Shown here piece by piece: positions 9,786 through 19,316 of a stretch of DNA of 64,000 bases (position 1 is the first letter of the stretch; each line of letters opens with the position of its first letter). Position numbers and translations under genes: made by a program. The notes under the pieces were generated by a model that saw nothing but the letters and a program-made list of their open reading frames with translations, was not told where the DNA came from and did no database searches. The stretch is from Promethearchaeota archaeon (GTDB lineage Archaea; Asgardarchaeota; Lokiarchaeia; Sigyniarchaeales; SOKP01), in assembly GCA_019058445.1 (NCBI GenBank), contig JAHPZA010000006.1:544001-608000 (forward strand). Direction: 5' to 3'.

Positions 9786-11816
9786 ATGAGAAAAATAAGA
9801 GTTTTAATATTGTTAAATCTACTTATCATTCCAAGTATGTTCTTACTATTTAATGTGATAAATACCACAAACCTCAGTACTATTGATAAAAGCGAAGACT
9901 TAAATCAAGGTTATAATGATTTAAATGATATACTCTTGACTAGCGATGATAAATATGAAGATAATGATGTATTTAGTCAGGCAAAAGTCATTTCTAAGGG
10001 ATGGTACTCTTTAATGAGTGAGGATGATGATTGGTTTAAAATATGGCTTGAAGAAGGAGAGGAATTTGGGGTGCAAATACAATTTACTCATGCATTTGGC
10101 GATATCGACTTGGAAATATTTAATTCTACAGGATTTTCAATTGCATGGTCCATGACTTCAAATGATTATGAAAGAATAGACTGGATTACTGGATATACGG
10201 GTGATTATTATATTCGGGTTATTAATTATGCTGTGCCCAATAATTATGATCTTGATATTTATAACACTGGTGATAAATATGAGATGAATAATGATTTTTG
10301 GAGTGCTCCCGAGATTTATAAAGGACATTATCGTCATTTAAACAAAAGAACGGATGACTGGTATAAGTTCTATTGTGATTGGGGGGAATCTTTGACTGTC
10401 GATATCTATTTCAATCAAACCTATGGGGATCTGGATTTAGAGATTTATGAGGAGTCAAATCCATTCTCTGCTTATTTAAGAAGTGATTCTCTCACTAACG
10501 ATGAATCGCTTACATTCAGTGCTAACTACTTTGGTTTTTACTATATTAGAGTGTACGGAAAAACATCTTCAGTTGAAAATGACTATGAGATGAGAATAAG
10601 CGGTCCGGAATTTACTATTTTTTATGAAGATTTTGAGGGCCCCATATCTTCGTTATGGTCTGGAATTGGAGGGAATAATTATATGCATGTATCATCTCGA
10701 GATTATTCGCCTTCCAGTCCTACTCATAGTTTATGGTGTGGAAATGAAAGTTCTGGCACTTATGATAAAAAAGAAGGTAGTTTTAGTACCCCGTATAAAG
10801 AGTCTGCGATAATTAATGATCTCGATTTAACCGATTTTTGTTATGCTGAGCTAATTTTTGATGCCAATATTTCAATTGGATTTGGAGAACAACTAAATCT
10901 TTCCGTGAATGTTTTAGGGGATCAATTTTATCTTAATCCAAAATACACAAATAATATCTTTGAGATGGGAGGAACGTCGCATGATACTAACAATTGGGAA
11001 ACTATCGTGATAGATTTATCCTTTTTCTGTGGGTTTGAGGATGTAGATCTTATCTTTTCTTTTGAAGTGAATGATTTTGATAATAATTATGAGGGAGTAA
11101 AACTTGACAATATTCAAATTAAGGGCTTTAAGGACGACACGAACTTAGGAAATTCACTTGGTATTAGTGTTGGAGATGAATTTTATTACTATATTCCATA
11201 TATTGATCATTATTTATGGAGTAATGAGATTTTCGGAAAAGATATATATTTAGATTCTGGGGCGAATATAAAATTAGAAATCTACTCTATCGTTGATAAT
11301 GGCCCATATTGGGACATTGTCGCTAGATTCTGGGAACCTTGGGATGATTTTGATGAGCTTAAAGGAACAGATGAGGTTCAATATAGAATTTATAAAAATC
11401 CTCTGAATATGAAAGGAGGCGGAGACTTCTTTATTCCTAGTGGAGAGATACTGCAATATCTAGGCCGGGCAGACAACTATGATGGAGAACAGTGGTATAG
11501 CACATATAATATTGAACACTGGTATGAACCCACATGGAATGAATATAGCATTGAATTCTGCTATGATGATTTTAGAATACATTTAAAATATGATTCGAGA
11601 GGGATATTAGAAGGCATGATGATTCATAAAAACTATGACGGCATGGAAACGGTGTTTGAAATGTGGCGAGGAGAACCTTATGAGGACAGTAACGATGATG
11701 AGGAGGATAATGAAGATAGAAGGGCAGTACCTGGCTATGATCCGCTAATTATTATTTCTCTGGTATCAATTGTTTCAATCATCATGATTAAGAAGATTAA
11801 AAAATCAAAAAGATAG
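9786..11816 (+). CDS. Secreted/surface protein with two PPC-like repeats and a Loki-CTERM-like sorting signal
   Basis: N-terminal signal/TM. Two DKYE...DDW(F/Y)K...GDxDLEI...YYIRV repeats. C-terminal VPGY, TM helix and basic tail. Confidence 0.75.
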   Translation: MRKIRVLILLNLLIIPSMFLLFNVINTTNLSTIDKSEDLNQGYNDLNDILLTSDDKYEDNDVFSQAKVISKGWYSLMSEDDDWFKIWLEEGEEFGVQIQFTHAFGDIDLEIFNSTGFSIAWSMTSNDYERIDWITGYTGDYYIRVINYAVPNNYDLDIYNTGDKYEMNNDFWSAPEIYKGHYRHLNKRTDDWYKFYCDWGESLTVDIYFNQTYGDLDLEIYEESNPFSAYLRSDSLTNDESLTFSANYFGFYYIRVYGKTSSVENDYEMRISGPEFTIFYEDFEGPISSLWSGIGGNNYMHVSSRDYSPSSPTHSLWCGNESSGTYDKKEGSFSTPYKESAIINDLDLTDFCYAELIFDANISIGFGEQLNLSVNVLGDQFYLNPKYTNNIFEMGGTSHDTNNWETIVIDLSFFCGFEDVDLIFSFEVNDFDNNYEGVKLDNIQIKGFKDDTNLGNSLGISVGDEFYYYIPYIDHYLWSNEIFGKDIYLDSGANIKLEIYSIVDNGPYWDIVARFWEPWDDFDELKGTDEVQYRIYKNPLNMKGGGDFFIPSGEILQYLGRADNYDGEQWYSTYNIEHWYEPTWNEYSIEFCYDDFRIHLKYDSRGILEGMMIHKNYDGMETVFEMWRGEPYEDSNDDEEDNEDRRAVPGYDPLIIISLVSIVSIIMIKKIKKSKR

Positions 11817-11932
11817 TTTTTTTCATATTTTTTTTTATTTTTTGAATTATGGTCTTATAACTCACTCAGTTTCTAATTCATGAAAAATGAGAAAATTAAA
11901 AATAAAAAAATAAAGATCTGGACCTTTTAGTT

Positions 11933-12463
11933 TTAAGGGGAAAATGTTTGGTTCATACTATTCTTCGTGAGTTCAAATCCTATTTCCATATTTGGGATTT
12001 TATCAGATTCAAGGGAAATTGTATGTTTACCCTCTGTTAATTTTGCTAAAAACGATTCACCTAACTTAAACACAACGATAATTTCATCTCCCATCGCAAT
12101 TGTTCGCCCTCCCATTTTACCTCCGAGGGCATCTTCGAATGAAAAAGTATCTCCTTTGTGATAAATGCGAAGACTTTCCTTGATGAGATTAATATTTGAA
12201 GCACCCTTAGAGATGTCAATTTGTTCGCCATCCAGTAAAAGTTTACCATGTTCCGATGGGTCAATCTCATCAACATCTATTTCACCTAGATCTTCTTTTG
12301 CGGGAACCCCAAATGGCATTATCACATTGAGCGCTACAAGTTTTACGCTGTCGACTTTCCCATCTCCGCTAGTATCTACTGTGTATACACTTTTTTTCGG
12401 AGGGAATACCTTTTTAATCATTGCTGTCGGAACTTTCAGATTCTTTAGATCTTCCAAATTCAT
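11933..12463 (-). CDS. Hypothetical protein
   Basis: 176-aa ORF with normal composition that fills the gap downstream of iolG. Confidence 0.7.
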   Translation of the reverse strand: MNLEDLKNLKVPTAMIKKVFPPKKSVYTVDTSGDGKVDSVKLVALNVIMPFGVPAKEDLGEIDVDEIDPSEHGKLLLDGEQIDISKGASNINLIKESLRIYHKGDTFSFEDALGGKMGGRTIAMGDEIIVVFKLGESFLAKLTEGKHTISLESDKIPNMEIGFELTKNSMNQTFSP

Positions 12464-12535
12464 AATATATCCACTTTTATACTTTTTTTCCGCTTTTAAA
12501 GTTTAATAATTAATTGTGATTAGTTCATTAAAAAA

Positions 12536-13558
12536 TTATTTATCTACTTCAGATAAATTTATTGGACGATTTTCTTTTAATGATTTTTTTGCCGCTAGTG
12601 CTACTAATACATCTTGTAGTCCGTCCTCCCCGTTAGGAGAAGGATTTTGATTATTTTGTAAACAATTAAAGAAGTATTGCAATTCTGCCGCATAAGACTC
12701 CATATATCTTTCTAAGAAAAAGAATGGAATTTTATCTATGCTTGTATTTTGAGTAGTATATATGCGAACGGTATTAGGAGTATCATTTTCTGCCAGTACG
12801 CACCCCTCAGAACCAAACACCTCAACCCGTTGGTCATAGCCATATACAGCTTGACGTGAATTGTCAATGATACCTATAGCTCCATTTCTAAATTTCAAAA
12901 TTGCAGCAGCTGTATCTATATCCCCTGCTTTACCGATTTCTGGATCTATAAGAACTCCTCCAGTTGCATAGATCTCTTCGACTTCACTTCCTGCTTGGTA
13001 TCTAGCCATATCCCAATCGTGAATGGTCATATCAATAAAAATGCCTCCTGAAACCTTGACATATTCTATCGGTGGAGGGGAAGGGTCCCTTGATGTTATT
13101 TTTATTATTTGAGGTGTGCCAATTCGCCCAGAAACAATGGCATCGTGAATTCGTTTGAAATTATGATCAAATCGCCTATTAAATCCCACCATTAATCTCA
13201 CATCTTCTTCTTTTACAATGGATAAGGTTTCTTTTATCCGTTTTAAATCGGTATCAATAGGTTTTTCACAAAATATCTGTTTTTTTGCTTTAGCAGCTTT
13301 TTGAATAAAATCAGCATGTGTATCAGTCGATGATGCAATTACAACCGCATCTATTTCAGGATCAGTAAAGATTTCGCTTGCATTAGCGGTGAGATATGGA
13401 ATACCTATCTCAGAACCCCATTGCTTTAGTTGATTATCCAGCTTGATATCAGCTACAATTTTTAATTTCACCTCTGGTATATTACGTAAGAGATTTTCAA
13501 TATGAATTTTTCCTATTCTTCCAGCACCAATTACTCCAACAATGAATTTATTACTCAT
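12536..13558 (-). CDS. iolG: myo-inositol 2-dehydrogenase
   Basis: Motifs GAGRIGKIH, FCEKP, GFNRRFD, TSRDP, SGGIFIDMTIHD, YGYDQRVEVFG and FFLERY. Confidence 0.9.
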   Translation of the reverse strand: MSNKFIVGVIGAGRIGKIHIENLLRNIPEVKLKIVADIKLDNQLKQWGSEIGIPYLTANASEIFTDPEIDAVVIASSTDTHADFIQKAAKAKKQIFCEKPIDTDLKRIKETLSIVKEEDVRLMVGFNRRFDHNFKRIHDAIVSGRIGTPQIIKITSRDPSPPPIEYVKVSGGIFIDMTIHDWDMARYQAGSEVEEIYATGGVLIDPEIGKAGDIDTAAAILKFRNGAIGIIDNSRQAVYGYDQRVEVFGSEGCVLAENDTPNTVRIYTTQNTSIDKIPFFFLERYMESYAAELQYFFNCLQNNQNPSPNGEDGLQDVLVALAAKKSLKENRPINLSEVDK

Positions 13559-13761
13559 AATTTTTCCTTATTTTTTTTAATTTCAACCATAACATTAGTT
13601 ATTATATATTTTATAAGTAATTTTTTTATTTTTATGTCAGCAGTATTTTAATATTTGATTCTTTAAGTGAATCTTTTAATAAATTAATTGAAGATTTATA
13701 TTTACATAAAAATAATTTGAATTAACTACAAAAAAATTTAATAATAAAAAGTGTTGATTTT

Positions 13762-15168
13762 ATGAGTGAAAGTGAAAGTGGTCCTCAAACAATTTCTGAT
13801 AAAATGAGAGTTTCCTTCGCCTTCGGGGAAGTAGGAGACAATGTTGCCTTAAATATCTTTCAGTTTTTAGTATTTACGTTCTATTTTTGTGTGGTAAAAC
13901 TTCCAGTATTATGGATTAGCTTAGCTTTTATCCTTTGGAGCGTATGGAATGCAATTAACGATCCTGTAGTAGGATATCTTTCCGATAAAACACAGAGTAA
14001 GAGAGGTCGTAGAGTTCCATGGATGATGGCTGCTATTATTCCATTAGGTATTGTTGTGATACTGTTATTTACACCTCCAATTGTTTTAAACTCCGATTTG
14101 GTAAATTTCATATACTTATTAGTTATTCTTATGGTCTTCGACACAGTCTATACCGCAGTTAATCTAAATTATAACGCACTTTTTTCAGAAATGTTCATTA
14201 ATATGGAAGATAGAAGTAGAACAGGAAAAATCCGTATAAGTTGTGTCATGCTGGCAACTATCTTTGCTTTTGTTTTCCCCACCCTGATTATTGATGATCT
14301 CACAAATAGAAAAGGTAATACAGCTGTTACACTATCCCAGTACCAAATTACTGGAGTTTTAGCGGCAATAGTTATTTTTGTGACGTATTTTTTCTTATTG
14401 AAATGGGGAGTTCGTGAACCTAAGGAGTTTTCAAAAGATGCCGAAACTGCGCTATCTTTTACAAGTACCATAAAAGCCTCTTTCAAAAATAAGTCTTTTT
14501 TATGGTTTTTATTACCAACACTGGGTACGTGGATGGTTATCGGCATAACCCCGGCGTTGGCACCCCTCTTTATGACGTATGCTGTTGGAATAGAGGATTC
14601 AGAGTTAATTGGGTTAGTTCTCCTTATTTTATTTCTCTCTGCTGCTGCTTCAACTCCATTATGGGAAAAAATTAGGGTAAAAAAAGGTGCTCGAATGTCT
14701 GGAATGGTCGGTGTAGTGGTTTGGGCTATTGGAGGTTTATTATTAGCATTTTCAACTAGCTTTGAAATGGCAGCAATAGTCGCAATTATAGATGGGATTG
14801 GATTAGGAGGAGGGCTCTATTTTTATGATCAATGTATAGCAGAGATCATTGACGAAGATGAAATTAACCTCGGTACTCGAAGATCTGGTATATACTATGC
14901 AGTTTTGAATTTCCTTATTAAATTTTCAGCGATAGCTAATTTTATAATCATTGGTATAGTATTTTCGAGCGCCGATTGGCAAACATATACACCAAATCCT
15001 GGAGTGGATACCATATTTGCACTTAGATTTCTGATGGGTATTTTTCCTCTCATTCTTCTTGTAATATCCTTTATAGGATTATATTTCTATCCTATACATG
15101 GAGAACGCTTAATGGAAAATAGAAGGAAACTTACGGAATTACATGAGCAAAAGGGAATTAGTTCATAA
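13762..15168 (+). CDS. GPH-family (MelB-like) MFS sugar:cation symporter
   Basis: WNAINDPVVGYLSDKT..GRRVPW motif; about 12 TM segments; RRSGIYY. Confidence 0.85.
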   Translation: MSESESGPQTISDKMRVSFAFGEVGDNVALNIFQFLVFTFYFCVVKLPVLWISLAFILWSVWNAINDPVVGYLSDKTQSKRGRRVPWMMAAIIPLGIVVILLFTPPIVLNSDLVNFIYLLVILMVFDTVYTAVNLNYNALFSEMFINMEDRSRTGKIRISCVMLATIFAFVFPTLIIDDLTNRKGNTAVTLSQYQITGVLAAIVIFVTYFFLLKWGVREPKEFSKDAETALSFTSTIKASFKNKSFLWFLLPTLGTWMVIGITPALAPLFMTYAVGIEDSELIGLVLLILFLSAAASTPLWEKIRVKKGARMSGMVGVVVWAIGGLLLAFSTSFEMAAIVAIIDGIGLGGGLYFYDQCIAEIIDEDEINLGTRRSGIYYAVLNFLIKFSAIANFIIIGIVFSSADWQTYTPNPGVDTIFALRFLMGIFPLILLVISFIGLYFYPIHGERLMENRRKLTELHEQKGISS

Positions 15169-15277
15169 ATAAATTTATTTCTATTTTTTTTTATCTATTT
15201 TTGTTAAAGATTTATATATATCTTAGGATTATAGAAATGATAACAAGTAATAATATAATTTAAAATAAGTTGATTCT

Positions 15278-16678
15278 ATGGGTGAAATCAATACTCAAAA
15301 AGTTTCTAAGGGAATGAGAGTTGCTTTTGCAAATGGAGATATAGGAGATACTGTTGCTCAATTTACTTTCCAATTTTTAATTTTTACTTTTTATTTTACA
15401 GTTGTAAGGCTACCTGTTTTGCTGGTTACTTTAGCATTTGTGTTTTGGAGTATTTGGAATGCAATTAACGATCCTATGATAGGATATCTCTCCGATCGAA
15501 CAAAAAGCAGATGGGGACGTAGAGTTCCATGGATGATGGGAGCGACTATTCCATTAGCGATTGTAATGATAATGTTATTTACTCCACCAATCGGTTTAAA
15601 CTCAGATTTAGTGAATTTTTTTTATTTATTGATAATCCTTATTATTTACGACACCGTATTTACTTCATTTAATTTAAATTATAACGCACTTTTTTCAGAG
15701 ATGTTTGTTGAAATGGAAGATCGGAGTAAAACAGGAGAAATACGCATAACTCTTACCATGATAGCAACAATACTGGCTTTTGTCCTGCCCACAATCATTA
15801 TAGAAGACTTGACAAATAGATACAATCGTCCTGAAACGTTAACTCAATACCAAATTACTGGAATCGTTGCTGCATGTATAATTCTCATTTCATATTTCAT
15901 TATACTGAAATGGGGCGTTCGCGAACCTAAAGAATTCTCAAAAGATGCTGAGACCGCATTATCTTTTACAAACACTGTGAAAGCTTCTTTTAAAAATAAG
16001 TCATTTCTATGGTTTATGTTTCCAGCACTGGGTACATGGATGGTTATATACATCTTACCAGCATTGGCACCTTTACACATGACATATGCGATTGGAATAG
16101 ACGATTCTTTGTTAATTGGGGTTCTTCTTCTTGTTATGTTCGTTTCTGCTGCGGCTTCTACACCTATTTGGGAAAAGATTAGAGTAAAAAAAGGTGCTCG
16201 CATGAGTGGAATGATAGGTATCGTGGTTTGGGCAATCCCTGTTTTATTTTTTGCTTTTGCCACTAGCTTTGAAATGGCTCTAATTATAGTGATTTTTGAG
16301 GGCATAGGGTTGGGAGGAGGGATCTATTTTTATGATCAGTGTTTAGCAGAGATCATTGATGAAGATGAAATTACGCATGGAACGAGACGCTCCGGTATAT
16401 ATTATGCTGTAATAAATTTCCTTATAAGAATATCGACTATAATTAATTTTATAGTAATAGGGTTAGTATTTTCCAGCACCGATTGGCAAACATATGAGCC
16501 GAATCCCGGAGTTGATACTATTTTTGCCCTTCGACTTTTAATTGGTGTTTATCCTTTCATAGTTCTGATTTTTGCGTTTATAGGAATGTATTTCTACCCG
16601 ATCCATGGAGAACGATTAATGGAAAACAGAAAAAAATTAACTGAATTACATGAACAAAAAAGAAGTAGTCTAAAATAA
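15278..16678 (+). CDS. GPH-family MFS symporter, tandem paralog of 13762-15168
   Basis: Same motifs; long peptides identical to the upstream gene. Confidence 0.85.
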   Translation: MGEINTQKVSKGMRVAFANGDIGDTVAQFTFQFLIFTFYFTVVRLPVLLVTLAFVFWSIWNAINDPMIGYLSDRTKSRWGRRVPWMMGATIPLAIVMIMLFTPPIGLNSDLVNFFYLLIILIIYDTVFTSFNLNYNALFSEMFVEMEDRSKTGEIRITLTMIATILAFVLPTIIIEDLTNRYNRPETLTQYQITGIVAACIILISYFIILKWGVREPKEFSKDAETALSFTNTVKASFKNKSFLWFMFPALGTWMVIYILPALAPLHMTYAIGIDDSLLIGVLLLVMFVSAAASTPIWEKIRVKKGARMSGMIGIVVWAIPVLFFAFATSFEMALIIVIFEGIGLGGGIYFYDQCLAEIIDEDEITHGTRRSGIYYAVINFLIRISTIINFIVIGLVFSSTDWQTYEPNPGVDTIFALRLLIGVYPFIVLIFAFIGMYFYPIHGERLMENRKKLTELHEQKRSSLK

Positions 16679-16762
16679 AATTAGTTTTTAAACCATTTTT
16701 CTTTCTTTTTTTTATAGTTAATTGTTAAACAGACATAATACTAAATAATAGAAAAATCTCCT

Positions 16763-17974
16763 ATGAATGCTCAAGATATACAAACCTACAGATATCGTTG
16801 GATTGTTTTATTTTTGTTCTTTTTCGCAAATGTAGTTTCCAATATGCTTTGGACTACTTATAATCCTATTATTTCCCTTGCAATGGAATTCTATGGCGTA
16901 GATGAATTTTACATAATTTTAATAACACTTATGTTTTTGATCGTATATATTCCTATAACTTTTCTAGCATCATGGCTAGTAGATAGGTATGATTTCAAAA
17001 TAGGAGCAGGGATTGGAGCATTATTCATGGGTGTGTTTGGCTTTCTACGATATATAGCAGATAACAATTATATACTTGCCTTAATATTTAGTATTGGAAT
17101 AGCAATTGCCCAACCCTTCTTATTGAATACTATAACTAAATTATCGGCAAACTGGTTTCCTGATAAAGAACGTACAACTGCAACGGGGATTTCTTTAATA
17201 GCAACTGCAATAGGTGTTGCGTTAGGTATGGTTGTAACCCCAATATTAGTTGTAATGATTAATTTTAGAAGCATGCTGCTTATTTATGGAGTCTTGGCAC
17301 TGGTTTCAGGCATGCTCTTCATTCTCTTCGCTAAAAATAAACCACCTACACCACCTTCGAAAAATTTAACTAATGATAGAGTTTTTGTATTTGAGGGTTT
17401 AAAAATGCTAATTTCAAACCGAAATTTTATGATTTTAGTACTAATCTTTTTTCTAGCAATGGGGATTTTTAATATGATTACCACCTATATAGAGTTGATT
17501 GTCATCCCTCGGGGTTATGACTCGATATTTGCTGGAATTCTAGGAATGTTATTAATACTGGGCGGGATAGTAGGAACAATTATAATGGCGGTTGTATCTG
17601 ATACGTTAAATAAAAGAAAGGTAATTATGATAATCTCTTTATTTATCGCAACAATTTCACTTTTAGTTTTTTCATTTACCTCTGATGGAATCTTACTCTT
17701 ATTATCAGGGTTTTTTTTTGGATTTGGTTTAATGGGCGCGGCTCCATTAGCATTGGAATATGCCGTAGATGCGACTAAACCAGTTCCGGAAGCAAGCTCA
17801 AATGGGATATTAATGATGGTTGGGTCACTAGGCGGAATTTTTTTAATTATTAGCTTAGAAAATGTCAAGATGTCTGGTGATTATTTCCCTGCATTAATTA
17901 TTCAAACAGTTTTACTCGCAGTTTGCTTAATATTCGCTTTTTTTATAGAGGAATTTAAAATCAGAGAAGATTAG
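16763..17974 (+). CDS. MFS transporter (FLVCR/SLC49-like)
   Basis: YRYRWIVL and KLSANWFPDKERTTATG motifs; about 12 TM segments. Confidence 0.8.
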   Translation: MNAQDIQTYRYRWIVLFLFFFANVVSNMLWTTYNPIISLAMEFYGVDEFYIILITLMFLIVYIPITFLASWLVDRYDFKIGAGIGALFMGVFGFLRYIADNNYILALIFSIGIAIAQPFLLNTITKLSANWFPDKERTTATGISLIATAIGVALGMVVTPILVVMINFRSMLLIYGVLALVSGMLFILFAKNKPPTPPSKNLTNDRVFVFEGLKMLISNRNFMILVLIFFLAMGIFNMITTYIELIVIPRGYDSIFAGILGMLLILGGIVGTIIMAVVSDTLNKRKVIMIISLFIATISLLVFSFTSDGILLLLSGFFFGFGLMGAAPLALEYAVDATKPVPEASSNGILMMVGSLGGIFLIISLENVKMSGDYFPALIIQTVLLAVCLIFAFFIEEFKIRED

Positions 17975-18099
17975 AGCAATGTGTCCATAACTTTTCTTTA
18001 AAAGATTTTGAACCTCTCAAATCTATTATCGGTCATAAAAGTTTAATTTAATTATATTCCTATCTTAATTAATTAAATAAATGGAGAAAATCAAAAGAA

Positions 18100-19311
18100 A
18101 TGAAAGCTGTAGAAATATCTGCTGAATGGTCTCCAAAACCGAGTTTTAAACTCGGTTCTAAAGATATTGATGGCAAACTGACTTATTTAGGTTCCCAAGT
18201 ATGGAAAAATCCAGTAGTAACGGTTATTGACGATAAACCGATTCCAAAAATCAAGCCAAATGAAGTTCTATTACAAGTGAAAAGATGCGGAATATGTGGT
18301 TCTGATGTTCATATGGCTCAATCATATGATGATGGATATATCTATTATCCGGGATTAACTGCGTTTCCTGCAACCCTCGGTCATGAGTTTGCTGGTGAAG
18401 TAGTAGAAGTTGGCAGCCAAGCAATAAATAAGAGGACTGGCAAATTATATGAGAAAGGTGAACCTGTAACTGTGGAAGAAATGGTGTGGTGCGGTGAATG
18501 TAAGCCATGTTGTGACGGATTCCCAAACCATTGTGAAAGATTGCAAGAAATAGGATTCTCAATTGATGGAGCTTTTGCTGAATATATTGCTGTCCCTTCT
18601 AAATTATGTTGGAGTTTAAAAAAATTGGAAGGAAAGTATGAAGATATATATAAAATAGGCAGTTTAGTCGAACCAACTTCGGTAGCTTATAATGCTGTTA
18701 TAGAAAGAGGGGGAGGGATTAGACCGGGTGAGAATGTTGTTATTTTAGGAGCTGGTCCAGTCGGTTTGGCTTCTGCTCGTATTTTGAAAACTGCAGGAGC
18801 TGCACTTTGTATTGTTTCTGAGCCTAACGAGCATCGAGCAAAATTTGCTAAAACAATGGGTGCTGATTATACAATTAATCCTCAAAAAGAAAACTTTGTA
18901 GAGAAAGTAAAGGAGTATACCGATAACGATGGAGCTGCTTTATATCTTGAGGCAACAGGACTTCCTCAAGTAGTTACAGAGGATATTCAAAACTGTATTT
19001 GGGAATGTAAATCCGTCAATAGTACTGTTGTTATTGTGGCAAGGGCAGAGCAGAGAATGCCTGTTTGCGGTGAATATTTTCAAGTAAGAAGAGCCCGAAT
19101 TGTTGGTGCACAAGCTTAAATAGATCTCCTATTTAAAATGTATGGCCACAGCGGGCACGGAACCTTTCCAAATGTAATTAGTTGTATGGCTGCTGGAATG
19201 GACATGACACCATTGGTTACAAAAGAGATCTCATTAGATGATGTACCAGAAAATTTAAAATTACTTCAAACGGATAGGGAAAATTGCAAAATTTCTGCCA
19301 AAATTAACTAG
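18100..19311 (+). CDS. iolM: scyllo-inosose 3-dehydrogenase (Zn-dependent MDR); join(18100..19113,19144..19311), 393 aa after removing a 30-nt insert
   Basis: Motifs CGICGSD, LGHE, CGECKPCCDGFPNHC and GAGPVG. The expected IVGAQ-GHSGHGTFP junction is split by an in-frame 30-nt insert containing TAA. The downstream part is intact to TAG at 19309-19311. Confidence 0.85.
19114..19143 (+). other. Putative 30-nt BHB-type mRNA intron in iolM
   Basis: Sequence gcttaaatagatctcctatttaaaatgtat. Contains an 8-bp stem ttaaatag/ctatttaa, central helix gcac/atgt (3 of 4 pairs), bulges AA|G and AT|G, and exon stem tggt/gcca. Cutting at these points gives CAA-GGC (Q-G). Confidence 0.75.
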
Positions 19312-19316
19312 ATTTT

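Noticed and set aside
19117-19119. iolM as a simple nonsense pseudogene, sequencing error, or Sec/Pyl readthrough
   Set aside because: The stop is TAA (not TGA or TAG) and lies within a discrete 30-nt structured insert. Exon 2 is intact. Readthrough would add 10 aa inside a conserved motif.
19114-19147. T4 gene 60-style ribosomal bypass (take-off codon, stop, hairpin)
   Set aside because: Disfavoured but not excluded. There is no matched in-frame landing codon for GCT or CAA, and the nearby GCC is out of frame, whereas BHB cuts restore the frame exactly.
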